Made by a program: the position numbers and the translations under genes | The notes under the pieces: generated by a model | What the model was told of the DNA's origin: nothing | Seen by the model: the letters and a program-made list of their open reading frames with translations, nothing else | The model's database searches: none | Source of the DNA: Rhynchobatus australiae | Taxonomy: Eukaryota | Reading direction: 5' to 3' | Assembly (NCBI GenBank): GCA_034780895.1 | Contig: JAUZTB010000098.1 | Span: 105,066,122-105,130,121 of the forward strand | Length of the DNA stretch: 64,000 bases | Shown here: one piece after another, positions 52,572 to 64,000 of the stretch | Position numbering within the stretch: position 1 is the stretch's first letter | Layout: the number at the start of each line of letters is the position of its first letter

Positions 52572-55021
52572 CACTATCACCACCAATTCTGCACTAGTTC
52601 CTTTTGCTGTAATGTTTCAGGCATTCGAAAGCAGGTTTCCTCGAAAGCACGGTCGGGTCTTGCAATTTGGGATTTGATATTATGGATTCTTCTACCTATG
52701 CTGAGCTCCTGGGTGGGCAGGCCAATGTGAACGATTGCTCTGAGCTGTGAATAAATAAGACCCAATTATTCGATTCAACTATTTCCATTCTTACATTTAT
52801 TATTAATTATGTAACGAACGCTTTATTCTTACCTAAAAAATCTTCATCACCAATTCAATGTTTATTAACTTACATGGTAACATTAGCTCCAAAGGGGCAG
52901 AATATTTATATGTACAATATACGTACGATTAATATGTAACCAATGTTTATGAGACTTGTATGACCATCAGGCTTGAGGTAACGAATCTCGCCCTCAGATT
53001 TCTGCAAACAACTATTCGCTAAAATTCTTTATGTGGTTATGTCTGTTCAAGCCTACACTGATAATAAACTCAAGGAAAATGGTTCAAAGATTATGGAAAG
53101 TTAAAAATTCATACCTTTTAAACTGACGAAACGTCATGACCCATATGTTGTAAATATAGGATATCAGTAGATTTAAAGATATATGAACGACTAGAAAACA
53201 AGACAACATTATTTTGGCAATGTAATGTAACTGGTGCCCACAGTATGTTAAATAAATATTTCATGCATTTATTAAGTATAAACGCTAAATTAAACGCAAA
53301 TAAGTACTTCAGTATAAGGCATTGCAACATTCTGGGACGTGAACATATTTTCACAGGCCTTTAGAAGATAGTATCATTCATTTGGATTCGTTGCATTTGC
53401 ATTGTTTCTGTTACAATCTGTAAGTCAATTGCATATATTTAATGTTCCAGGTGACTGTATGTTTCTTAACTTTAGCTGCTGTCGGTATTTCTTACACATT
53501 ATATTGATAAGCTACATTTAAGTGCTGCTTTCGTACCTTAGAATTATTTCTTTAAATTTTTATATCCAATATTTATTTCCTGTTTATTATTATATATAGG
53601 TGGCTGTAAAAACAGATACAGAGATTTCCTCGACTCTTTATTTTGTTACAGTGAATGTAAATTAATTAAAGTGTGCTTTCCGCCTTAATAAATCAATAAT
53701 TCTCGGAGAATCGTCAGATTGTATATATTGACTATCGGGCTATTATTTGTGGTGCATTTCAATAGGTAACAGCAAAATGTATTCGTAAACGAATGCTTCT
53801 CTCAAAGCAGTTCATCGTTGCTTAAGGAATGTGTATTGTGACAAGACATATTCACACAAACTATCTTCTCGGTGCCGGGCGTCGGCTATCTGTATAAACA
53901 TATCGAAACAAATATGTTTACATCTTCGTTCATAATTACCTCAGTGACGTTTATACGCTTCGGCGTTAAAGGGAGTTGGGAAGGGCGATCGGATTATTTT
54001 CTCTTTCTCCGGTCTGTCAGAAAGATATTTCCTGAGCAGTAAGAAACATTTCGTCACCTTCCCAATAAATTGTTTAAAAACGATGTCATCGTAAATTGAT
54101 AATCTGTTCCTCTTTACTGTCGCTTTTGGACTGGATCCTTTCTTTTTGTCAATTTAGGAACCCCGAATGTAAGACACAATCAACTTGATACCAAGCACGG
54201 TCTTAATCTTAAACTACGTTCTCTTCTGCTGTATGGAGGAAGTGTGAATCTGTAATATTCAGATCTAAATGAAGCCATGCTGAAAATTAATTTAATATTC
54301 ACAAGAGGTACCTTGTATCAGGCAGTAAAGCTGAGGTGTCCTATTTAATAGCATTTAAAGAAAAGTAAGGTTGTTATGATTAGCAAACTTATTTTATAGG
54401 TTTTTTTCCGGATATCTAATGGAATGTGAATTATTTTAGTTAAAACAAAGAATTGTACATATTTCTGAAAACTCATAATTCTATTTGATTTCTTTAGGGT
54501 AATCGATAGTTAACTGGATCTCTGTAAGTTAATTTTAGCCTGAAAATATTTCATGGAAGATGTTCTAAAATTGATCACAAATTTTCCCCGGTGTTCGCTT
54601 TGCATCCCGCCATACCGTCAGAAGGCGGGTAATGAATTATTCTCCGCGGGAGGAAAGGATGGCACTGGATTATCCTCAGATCTGTTCATCGTAGGATGTC
54701 TTAACCTGAGCAGTGAGATTAGAAAGTCGTGGGAACGCCATAGCTCCACGCAAAGCCTGCCTGACCCTTGCCTGTTCAGCCCAGGTTCAGGTCAGTCCAG
54801 GAGCTCTCGGGAATGACTGCCACTTATAACTACTCTGATGCTGAGGGGAGCAGGCACTTTACAGAGGCTCGACTCGGAAACTCGATCATAACCGCAGGGA
54901 GTCACTGCAAAGCCTGAAATGGCTAGCGGTAAATAATAGTAACCACTGGCGCTCTGGAAAGAAATAAAAATGATACACCTATAACCCAGATTTCTGAGCC
55001 ACATCATTCCTGTAATTGTTT

Positions 55022-55053
55022 TGTAGTGACCCAACTTTGCCGCTAGATGTCTG
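55022..55053 (+). promoter_or_regulatory. Candidate CTCF site with upstream motif
   Basis: TGTAGTGACC followed by the core CCGCTAGATGTCTG. Confidence 0.45.
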
Positions 55054-57564
55054 CAAAGTTAATGGGAGACTTCCAATAGCTTTATTCTTCCCCGAATCAG
55101 GAGTTTCATCTCCAAACAGCGCTGTTATTGGGTGATCTTGATATTGCGTTTGCCTATTCTTAGCTGAACAGTACCTATGAATGTGGAACCTAATCTTTTA
55201 CAGTGCTACACACAAAATAATCATTCTGAAAACAGGACGTATCTTAGGCTTATATAAGTGGATCATTATATTACCCATAACTGTGTTGAAATAGAAAGGT
55301 AAAAGCGTAAAAATGCTTCTAGTAAACTTCATTCTATTCAGATGAAGAACACCGAGGTAGTTACTACATTTGCTTTGCCAGATGCTTTTGCTATGTTATT
55401 TCCGTGAGGGTTTTTTTTNNNNNNNNNNNNNNNNNNNNNNNNNNNNNNNNNNNNNNNNNNNNNNNNNNNNNNNNNNNNNNNNNNNNNNNNNNNNNNNNNN
55501 NNNNNNNNNNNNNNNNNNCAGAATGTGAGCTCACAACAAAAATGTTATTTGCGCAGAAATCCAGAAGCACATTTATCTCAGGGTAGATTCGCGCAGTTTA
55601 CATAAACGTGGGGAGGACTGTCCGTGTTGAAACTGAGCATATGAAATATGGTTGGACAAATGGCTCTGCTCCAGCTAATTTAGCAGAGGAACATGGGAGG
55701 TTTGAGATTTATTGGTCATTACATCTGGCAGTGCACCTAGGCTTTCTTCAAAGGCACCTAAATTAGACTTTTGAACAAATATTTAGTCTCTAAGCAATAA
55801 AATGCTTAGTGTCGAACAAATGGAGTGTCCTTGGTGTCCTGGGCTAGTTTAAACTAGCCGAAGTAGTTATTCCCCTCCCTTCCCGTATTTTTTAGTTGGC
55901 ATTGCCGGTTCTTTTACAGAGCGCGCACACACAGGCAAGTCCCCATCCCAACAGTAACATATTTATATGGTATCGCAGGGCCAGAGTTTTTTTGTACCGA
56001 AACTATAATTTGCCTTTCACATTTATTTCTGTTTAAACTGTCGTCTGAAACATTGCCCTTCGCCCAGTTAAGATCACTGTAGAATTACTTAACTTAGACT
56101 TTCTTTCAATTAATCTCAGTGAAATAAATCATTCTATGATTTCTAAAGAACAAGAAAATTGAACGAATCTAGAAATCCTTGAATAAGTATTTCACTTTAA
56201 ACATGTTCTTACAAATAATTTATTTTTCATGGGATTGCATTTCCAGTTTTTTGATATTCTGAAGCTAGTTAAAAGCACTCTGGATTGAAATGTATTTAAT
56301 GCTTTCTAGCTAAATCACTAAATTATTTAATATCTGCATCTTTTTCTGCTTCAATGAATCCATGATAGGAAATAGTTACAAGTGAAACGGGTGTGGTCTA
56401 TAAACATATAATCGCATGGGGTTCGGTGTGGTGGTCGGAGGACAAAGCTCAGCTCCACACTAAAATAAATCAAGGATCAACTTCGTTTCTTTGGCTGGGG
56501 GGGAAATGGTTGTGATTTGTTCCTGAGAGCATCCGATCACTGTATGCATAAAATCCTGCTCCCGTTCTCCTCGTTAGATCCAAAGAATGCCCTGTTTGAA
56601 AGAAACCCGAAAACATATCGATCGAAATATGGGTGCGGGCAAACCAACTAGCAGCTGATTGGTTTAAAAGCATTCGGCCACTTCACAAAGGTGTTTTATT
56701 GCATCTGTGTGTTGTGGACAGATTGGAGCAAAGAGCGCGGTGTAAGGCACATTGACCCTTTCACCGTCTCCAATGCTTCTTATCAGCTGCAGTCCGACAT
56801 CTCAAAACCTAATAGTATTTGACTGCTCTGGTCGAACGAAACCAATAAGCNNNNNNNNNNNNNNNNGAACACAAAATTGTTATTGTCAAATTCTTATTTT
56901 AGTAGACTATATATTGCGCTCACGTTTCGAGAATTTGTTAATTACACCACTTCAGAAAATGCTAGTAAATTCTATTAACGAATAGTATTTGTAGTTCAAA
57001 CGCATGGTTACTACCACTCTGCCTTCCACTCCAGGAAGCCAAAAATCCCCTCAGTTACCATTACAGACCATAAAATGCTCTAAAAGCCATGAGTCATTAT
57101 TTAGATTAATGTCATCGTGTGCTGCAAAAGAAATTGGACTATTTCAGCCTTGGTTTTGATTATTATGGATGTATTGCTTTAAGCTGTGCGTATTAATTAA
57201 CGAGAAGGGTTAATGGTAACGATGAAGAAAATCGGATTGATGTTCTTCTTTGTCTTATGAAAATAGTGTTGAAGTTACGCTCGTATTCATGTTCACTAGT
57301 TCCAAATGGTAATGTTAAACATTTTTAGACTCTTCAGGTATAACTCAGGAAAACTCATCTTCATTATGCAATTAACTAAAGACTTAAGGCACTTGTGAAA
57401 ATGCCGCCGTGAAGAAGACAGGATCCCCCCAGTGACAAATAAAATGTTTTCCAAAAGGTAAGCTACCGTTTGTTCTTAAACTCCCGTGTTTACAATGCAA
57501 CTATCTAACCTGTAGATTTTACAAGGCAAAGGAACTTGCGTAAATACGCGTGCTTTAATTAGTT

Positions 57565-57725
57565 TAGACGGAGATGAAAACCGGTTTAAAATGAAACGTT
57601 CTGGCCTATTTCACACTGCAGACAACCCTTTGAATTTAGATGACTTATTCCCTCAGTAGGAACGGCATATAAATGTACTAATAAAACGTACTTTTTCTTC
57701 AATGCCTCTTCGTTTGCATTTTTGC
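57565..57725 (-). pseudogene. Putative HoxA14 pseudogene remnant (first homeobox exon)
   Basis: The acceptor ctcttttag in phase 1 gives KNANEEALKKKYV...TEGISHLNSKGCLQCEIGQNVSF*TGFHLRL. This aligns without gaps to recalled Hox14 TELEKAFEENRFLTPEIRLNISFKLGLTERQ. Strand and position 5' of HoxA13 are as expected. Confidence 0.45.
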
Positions 57726-59069
57726 CTAAAAGAGTCGATAATCAAACCACAACCCACCTTTTCGATTGCTCGCAGTGTCCTGAAATTCGAATCGATTTTC
57801 TTAATGGGTTAATTTAAACGGTCTCAATGGCTATTTCAGTGGTTCTTAAATAAACAGCGGAATTCCGTTTGTTTTTCAGTTCTGAGTTCGTTTGTTTAAC
57901 ATTACTCGAATTATCTCGATCATTTCTCGCTTTGGGCGGGGGGGGGGAAGAAAGTAACAATTTGGGCTGTGCCCGACATCGTGTGTATTTCCCATTGCTC
58001 TTTGCATCTTACCGCAGAGAATAACGATCTAAAATTAAGGAAAAGGTCAACAAGTTTAGATTGTTTGTTTCAACCATAATGACGTGCAAGAGCTCGAAAA
58101 GAATCAATGAATTATTCCTGGTGACAGGAAAAGGAAACAGCTCCGAGAAGGACAGCTCATTTTGTGCGAGGAAAATGTGTAATAAAGGACACGCTGCTTC
58201 TGCAGATTGGGGTTCGCTTCCAGTATTGGGCAGTAATACGGATCAACAGCAGGAGGAGCACGAGTACAGCGAGTGATCAGCAGAGCACCCGAGGAGCTCC
58301 GTGAGGCGTGAAGCTGAGAGAGTGGGCTTTTGGAGTCTTTCTGAAACACCAGACAAGCAGCGGGTTGATGTGTTGCTTGCCTCGTTTCCAATTCTGCCGC
58401 AGCATGTCCAGAGGTCTTACCNNNNNNNNNNNNNNNNNNNNNNNNNNNNNNNNNNNNNNNNNNNNNNNNNNNNNNNNNNNNNNNNNNCCAGAGATAATTT
58501 AACAGGGCGGCTATTACAGAGCTATTTGTTGTGGTCAAATCTGATTTATGTTTTTAAGAGGTTCGTGCTTTGTTAAGATATACTGTACAAAGTGGAGCTT
58601 TACGCATTATATGTAATAGATATGACAGTTTTGCAAACACACACCAGTTTTTTCAACCATAGAAAAATTTATTTGATAAAGGACGTATGCATTTCTTTCA
58701 ATTAATCACAGTAGGAAGGAATCTAAAATGACACTAAACGCGGTTTAGTTGTGTCCATTTGACTGTTTCTGTCACCAGCTGTTACGACAGGGAACTAATT
58801 AAGCGTGTACAATTAGTATCGACCCAGAGGGAAGATGACTAATACACATCCAGTCCTAAGCACCGTACACTGGAAGAGTGTAGGGGACAGTAACTGATAC
58901 ACGACCAGACTCGTTCGCAGATAGTGGATGAGGACCAGACAGAGGGTACTCAGCCAATCCCGTGCCTGTTACAAAGACTTGCATTTCCATATCACAATCA
59001 TATTATTAAGGCGTCCTAAATTGCTTGATAAGAGCGTTGGAAGACAGAAAGAAAGACGCAGAGGCAATG

Positions 59070-59330
59070 GAGGCGATGGTCAAAGTAGTAGATATTTAGG
59101 ATGTTTTGGAAGGGGGTGGAAAAGGGCGAGTGTCTTTGGGGATTTGGGAGTGGGGTGGCCAGAGCTTGAGGCCTGGTGGGATGAAGGTGCAATTTCCAAA
59201 AGATCAATACACAGGAAGCCGGGATTGACCAAAGGTGGAGTTTGGAATGTTGTAGAACCAGAAGAGGTCGCAGAGACAGGAAGGAGAGAGGCCACAGAGG
59301 AATTGAAACAGAGGGGTGACGTTCTTTTTG
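59070..59330 (-). mobile_element. L2/CR1-clade LINE 3' fragment (decayed)
   Basis: The minus strand encodes FLCGLSPSCLCDLFWFYN (~SLHGLAPPYLCNLLQPYN), followed by AAGCTCTGG...TACTACTTTGACC, typical of L2 3' ends. Confidence 0.6.
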
Positions 59331-60013
59331 AATTAGATGCATTCAGGAGAAGTTCTTGATTGGGCAGGCCTGCAGAACTGGCAGCCACTATCCCTGCCGT
59401 GCCTGCACTTGGCTGGGTCAGATGCAGAGGGTCTACATGAAGAGCCCTCAGCACCCTGGAATCCAAGTGATTGGCCCAGGTGGTGCTAGGGCCTCTGGTG
59501 GTACAGTGAGGAGATCCCAACTCCAAAGCACCTCTGAGAGCCCCTGTCAATCAGTGGCTGTAAAAGCAGTCACTGATCTTAACAGCGTTTAAAAGTCAGA
59601 CATTCAGACAGCTAAACACCAATTAAAATTTAAGTAAATAATTTAAGTGTATGTATTTTAAACACAACTAAAATTCTACAATACACATAAGTAATTAAAA
59701 TCATTAAACTAAAACAAAATAATTTTAAAAATCTTACCCTCTCTCTTGCCTTCTTAATGTCTCCTCTGCTAAATGTTTCAATCCCCACTGATATCAACTG
59801 AAAGACTTTTCCCCAGTGTGGTGCAAGGATATCGCAGCAGGAATAGGATCTGTGCTTGGATTCTGTGGAGAGAGACCTTCTACGGAGAAAACAGACAAAT
59901 TTGGCCTTTCACTGTGAAGTCCAGTACTGAATTCGCTTTCAAAGTTTGACCATCAGCTGACAAAAGTCAGCCTGTTTTTGGCTCAAGGTCATTCAAGCGT
60001 TGTATTCACCCAA

Positions 60014-60173
60014 GGAACCATTGGCTTTAATGTCTCCTCCAAAGGATGTTAACAATGCTCTCTGCTATACTGAAATGTCAGCCCGGATTATTTGCTCAAA
60101 TCTATAACGGATGTTGAAGCCACAACCTACAGACTCAAAGGGGAAAATGCTAAAAATTCAGCCAATCTGACAC
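60014..60173 (-). mobile_element. tRNA-derived SINE 5' head (SacSINE1/DeuSINE-like), decayed
   Basis: The minus strand reads GTGTCAG..TGGCTGAATTTTTAGCA (A-box-like)..TGAGTCTGTAGGTTGTGGCTTCAACATCC (B-box-like)..TTGAGCAAATAATCCGGGCTGACA. Confidence 0.6.
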
Positions 60174-61664
60174 ATGGTAAATGAGCTAAGGGATTTAAGA
60201 GCTGATTCCATGCTTGCCATTCCTAGCAGGGAACAACATCCACAGGGAGAGCAATGTGGGAAATTGTATACACGGGGCCTGTGGTTATCCATTCATCTTA
60301 ATAGATGGAAAATCACCGACTGTGCACCTACAATTTCCTGCACCACACTTCCTGTGACTACTGCTTCCTGCTGGGAGTGCAGGATCAGCCTTTAGGGTAC
60401 AGGTACAGAAGTCATTAAAAGTTAGCTTGCAGGTGCAAAGGGAACCATTTAAAGTTGAAAGGAGGCTGGACCTCAACACAGAAAGTATCAAATTTAAATG
60501 CCTGAATGTAGCAGAATCGGACTTGAAATGTGCTGTTTGGTTTTATGCATTTCCATCGGCCGGGAGTACTGTGTGTGTACATCTTGTTGCTGCTGCTCCT
60601 GTTGTGCATGATTCATCTTGGTTCAGCTGCTATTGTTGTCATTGTTATTTTCATTGCTGCCATCATCATCTTCCCTTTCTGAGCCAAGATCTGACGTAGT
60701 TCTTTTGGAGTTCACAAGAATACTGACCATCTATTCAGTTTTGGCAGTGGAGATGTGTTATGCTTGTGCTGCAGACTACTTTGATTGACATTTCCTCTTA
60801 TTTTTAATCTTGTCATGGATTTTTTTGTACTCTTAGTAGTAATCCATTCTTCAAAACTAGTTGCAATCAAACTAAATGCGAGCAATGGTATTTGCTTAAT
60901 CTCAATATCAATTAAGAGTGCTACTTTCTATTGTCATGGTCAGGGATGTGCATGAGATAGTTCTAGCTACAACACTACCTTGGAGTAAAGGGCAGATATA
61001 AAATAATTTATTGATATTTTATCATTACTTGCCAAACAGCGGGATTCTTACTCAAATTAATTAATTACCTTCTTGAAGGGAAGATTTAATGTCATGAAAA
61101 TTTATAGTAAATGTAATGAAGAATGAGCATTCTGTGTAATGTTAATGGAAACTGCTATGAATGTGAATTATATTTACATGATAATGGTATCAGGGATGAA
61201 GGACAATTAAAACATAATGCTAAATGGCAGTGCACCATGCAGCTAGCTTATGTTAAGTACTTTTATCTGTGAGACCTTACAATGTATGCTTTGTGGGTAA
61301 TTGTGTTCACTAAGTTTGTATGAGGTTATGGGTAACACTAAAATGTGAAATAGGTTGCTGGGCATAATTTTGTAGCATTGATTTAGCTACAATGAGTTTA
61401 TAGTATTGAAGGGCATTCAGCGCAGTTGGTCTGTACCAAGAATTATGTTCCATACAAGACTCCTCCCATCCCTCTGTATCTCATCATTTTAGTCTATTCA
61501 AGTATACACTAGAATACTTATCACTAATCAGTAACAATGGGTTTGCCTCAAAATATATAATGTGGCTTTGAATTTTCCATCCATTACACCCTCACGGTCA
61601 GTCAGACGGAAAGCTACTACTGTTTGTTATGTGTGCACATTTTTCTTCTATCCTGTATTTACCA

Positions 61665-62213
61665 CTGGTCAATGCAGGTCATTTCCATTCTCTTAGGACC
61701 AGCTCTCAGCAAGGACAGACATCCACAATGAAATCCACCTTCCCCACCTGTGCACCAGTGGAGTNNNNNNNNNNNNAAGAGTTTTTGCTGACCTGAACCT
61801 CAAGTTCATGGTCTTGCAGACTGCAGTGACCTCTCCACTCCTGTGTGCATGAGACATATGGACAACTTACAGTAGACACCTCAAAGCACAGTGAAGAAAC
61901 CACCAACACTGGCTCTGCAGAAGCCTCCAAATCTACTGACACAATGAGTGTCAATATCTTCTTCTTAACGTCCCCTGCTTCAAAGTTCTGATTACACTCA
62001 ACCAGCTTTGAAGAATGTGGCACATCATATTCATTTCTGATACCAGACTGCTGAAGTGAGCAAGCAGCTATTTCTAAGAATCTGTTTCAAAAGTGTTTTC
62101 AAAGTCTCCTTCAAAACATGTAACATCTTCATGTACTCATTGGAATTCCTTGCAGAAGTCTGCTCGCACAGGCAGGGAAACATCTGGGACAGTTTCAAGC
62201 ACTTCAAGGCTCT
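61665..62213 (+). mobile_element. RTE-clade LINE reverse transcriptase C-terminal fragment (decayed)
   Basis: Translates KFMVLQTAVTSPLLCA*DIWTTYSRHLKAQ*RNHQHWLCRSLQIY* and LITLNQL*RMWHIIFISDTRLLK, matching the RTE motifs LLYASETWT and QLRWAGHV.RM.D.RLPK. Confidence 0.75.
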
Positions 62214-62219
62214 CCAAGG

Positions 62220-62665
62220 GAAGTTGAGATGATGCGCAGCTGGAAGCTCAAGATGGTCCTTGTAGATAGAGCGCAGGTGCTCTGCAAAACAGTCGGCTAG
62301 TCTAGACTTGGTCTCACCAATATGCAGGAGCTCACATCAAGAGCACGAAATGCAATAGGCAAGGTTGAATGAGGTGCACATGAACCTCTGCCTCACCTGG
62401 AAGGGTTGTTCAGGTACCTGGAATGTGGTGAAGGAGCAGGTGTTGTGGCAAGTGTTGTGCCTCCTATGGTTGCAGGGGAGAGCACCAGAGGATGGGGAGC
62501 GGTGGGTGAGGAGGGATGGGTGAAACAGGGAGTCACAGAGAGAGTGGTGCCTGTGGAAAGTAGAAGGAAGTGGGAGGCGGGGGGGCAAGGGAAAGATGTG
62601 ACTGGTGGTGGGATCAGTTTGTAGCTGGGGGAAATGGTGAATAATGATACGCTGGATGCAGTGGG
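62220..62665 (-). mobile_element. Penelope-like element GIY-YIG endonuclease fragment
   Basis: FQVRQRFMCTSFNLAYCISCS*CELLHIGETKSRLADCFAEHLRSI contains the GIY-YIG motifs (xYCI..C..C...YIGET). Confidence 0.8.
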
Positions 62666-62669
62666 ATGA

Positions 62670-62990
62670 CAGGTTTCAACACCCGTCCCCATTCCCACAC
62701 GGACCTGTATGTCCTCAGCCTTCCCAACTGCCATGGTGAGGCCACACACAAACTAGAAGAACAACACCTCATATTCCACCTCGTCGGTGGCCTACACTTT
62801 GTAGCCTGCAACTCAATGCTATGCATATTGAATTTTACAGTATCAGGTCACCTGTTCCCCCTGTGTTCCTTCCCACCCCTATCCATCCACCTAGTTTCCC
62901 AATCCCTTTGTTCATCCTTTCCACTGCCTCCACCCCATTTCCTACATTCATTATCCTCCCCCACCTGCGTCCATCTGCCCATCACCTAAA
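62670..62990 (+). mobile_element. Penelope-like element C-terminal fragment and pyrimidine-rich 3' region
   Basis: FNTRPHSHTDLYVLSL...KLEEQHLIFHL followed by a C/T-rich tail. Confidence 0.7.
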
Positions 62991-63002
62991 GAACCAAACG
63001 CA

Positions 63003-63955
63003 GGCGAGGCCAAACGCAGACTAGGTGACTGTTTCGCAGAACACCTGCTCTCTGTCCGTAACCGCGATCTGCATCTCCCCGTTGCCAGACACTTCAAATC
63101 CCCCTCCCCCTCCATCACAGATATGTCAGTCCTCGGCCTCCTCCACAGCTGGGAGAATTCCAAGTGCAAACTGGAAGAATGGTACCTCATTTTCCATCTT
63201 GGAACCTTGCAGCCTAATGGCATGAACATTGAATTCTCCCACTTTGTAAGCCCCACGTTCCACCACCACCACCCCCAACATGCCTCTTCTTTTCTTCCCT
63301 TTCTCAGCCTATCTCTCTTTTATCACCCCTCTTTATTCTCTCCTTATCTTTGACCCATTCTCCANNNNNNNNNNNNNNNNNNNNNNNNNNNNNNNNNNNN
63401 NNNNNNNNNNNNNNNNNNNNNNNNNNNNNNNNNNNNNNNNNNNNNNNNNNNNNNNNNNNNNNNNNNNNNNNNNNNNNNNNNNNNNNNNNNNNNNNNNNNN
63501 NNNNNNNNNNNNNNNNNNNNNNNNNNNNNNNNNNNNNNNNNNNNNNNNNNNNNNNNNNNNNNNNNNNNNNNNNNNNNNNNNNNNNNNNNNNNNNNNNNNN
63601 NNNNNNTCTAGTATTACCGTGTTTTTCATCTGCCCATCACCTAACACCTACCCACCTGGGTTTCTTCACCCTTGGCCTACCTTCCCCTTCCCCTTCTCCT
63701 CTCCCCCTGGCTCCATCTGCCCATCATCCCTCACCCCACCTGGTTCAACCTATCACCTGCTAGCCCCTGTCTCACCCCTCCCTCTCACCTCCTTATACTG
63801 GCGAACTTCCTTCAAGGTCAGTCCTGATGCAGGGTCTTGACCTAAAATGCCAACCACCCCTTTGCCTCCACAGATGCTGTTTGACCTGCTGAGTTCTTCC
63901 AGCAGTTTGCTTTTTGCTCCAGATCCCCGCATCTGCAGACTCTTGTGTCTCTAGT
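63003..63955 (+). mobile_element. Second Penelope-like copy: GIY-YIG C-terminus plus pseudo-LTR/3' end
   Basis: GEAKRRLGDCFAEHLLSVRNRDLHLPVARHF...DMSVLGLLH...KLEEWYLIFHLGTLQPNGMNIEF. The 3' end contains CTGATGCAGGGTCTTGACC and GATGCTGTTTGACCTGCTGAG. Confidence 0.8.
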
Positions 63956-64000
63956 ACACATTAACACCATGTGACTGAAAGAGTGTTGCAGAGATCCGCA

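Noticed and set aside
56720-56810. Minus-strand VPYT motif suggestive of a homeobox start
   Set aside because: There is no downstream helix similarity. The 57.6-kb segment fits Hox14 much better.
1-64000. The many short 60-150 aa ORFs, and prokaryotic systems (CRISPR, operons, rRNA/tRNA)
   Set aside because: The short ORFs are expected by chance, are antisense to Hox exons, or span N gaps. No repeat-spacer arrays or structural RNA genes were seen, and the DNA is vertebrate.

Overview
This is eukaryotic genomic DNA from a gapped draft assembly. It covers the posterior (5') half of a jawed-vertebrate HoxA cluster, transcribed on the minus strand. The source is very probably a cartilaginous fish: the Hox proteins lack poly-Ala tracts and the repeats resemble shark-type SINE, LINE and Penelope elements. 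Four two-exon genes can be spliced by hand with phase-1 GT-AG introns: HoxA9 (260 aa), HoxA10 (343 aa), HoxA11 (280 aa) and HoxA13 (exon-1 donor hidden in an N gap). A miR-196 hairpin lies between HoxA9 and HoxA10, and the HoxA9 3' UTR carries three miR-196 sites. Candidate CTCF sites occur between the genes, and transposon debris begins abruptly beyond about 59 kb. The most notable signals missed by the ORF track are two highly decayed Hox gene fossils at the expected positions: a putative psi-HoxA8 (~867-2402) and a putative psi-HoxA14 (~57.6 kb). Other candidates are an in-frame start-stop uORF in HoxA10, an antisense promoter in the HoxA11 intron, loss of the HoxA9T splice acceptor, and a SINE tail inside the cluster. 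All homology comparisons were made from memory of the protein and repeat families, not from database searches.
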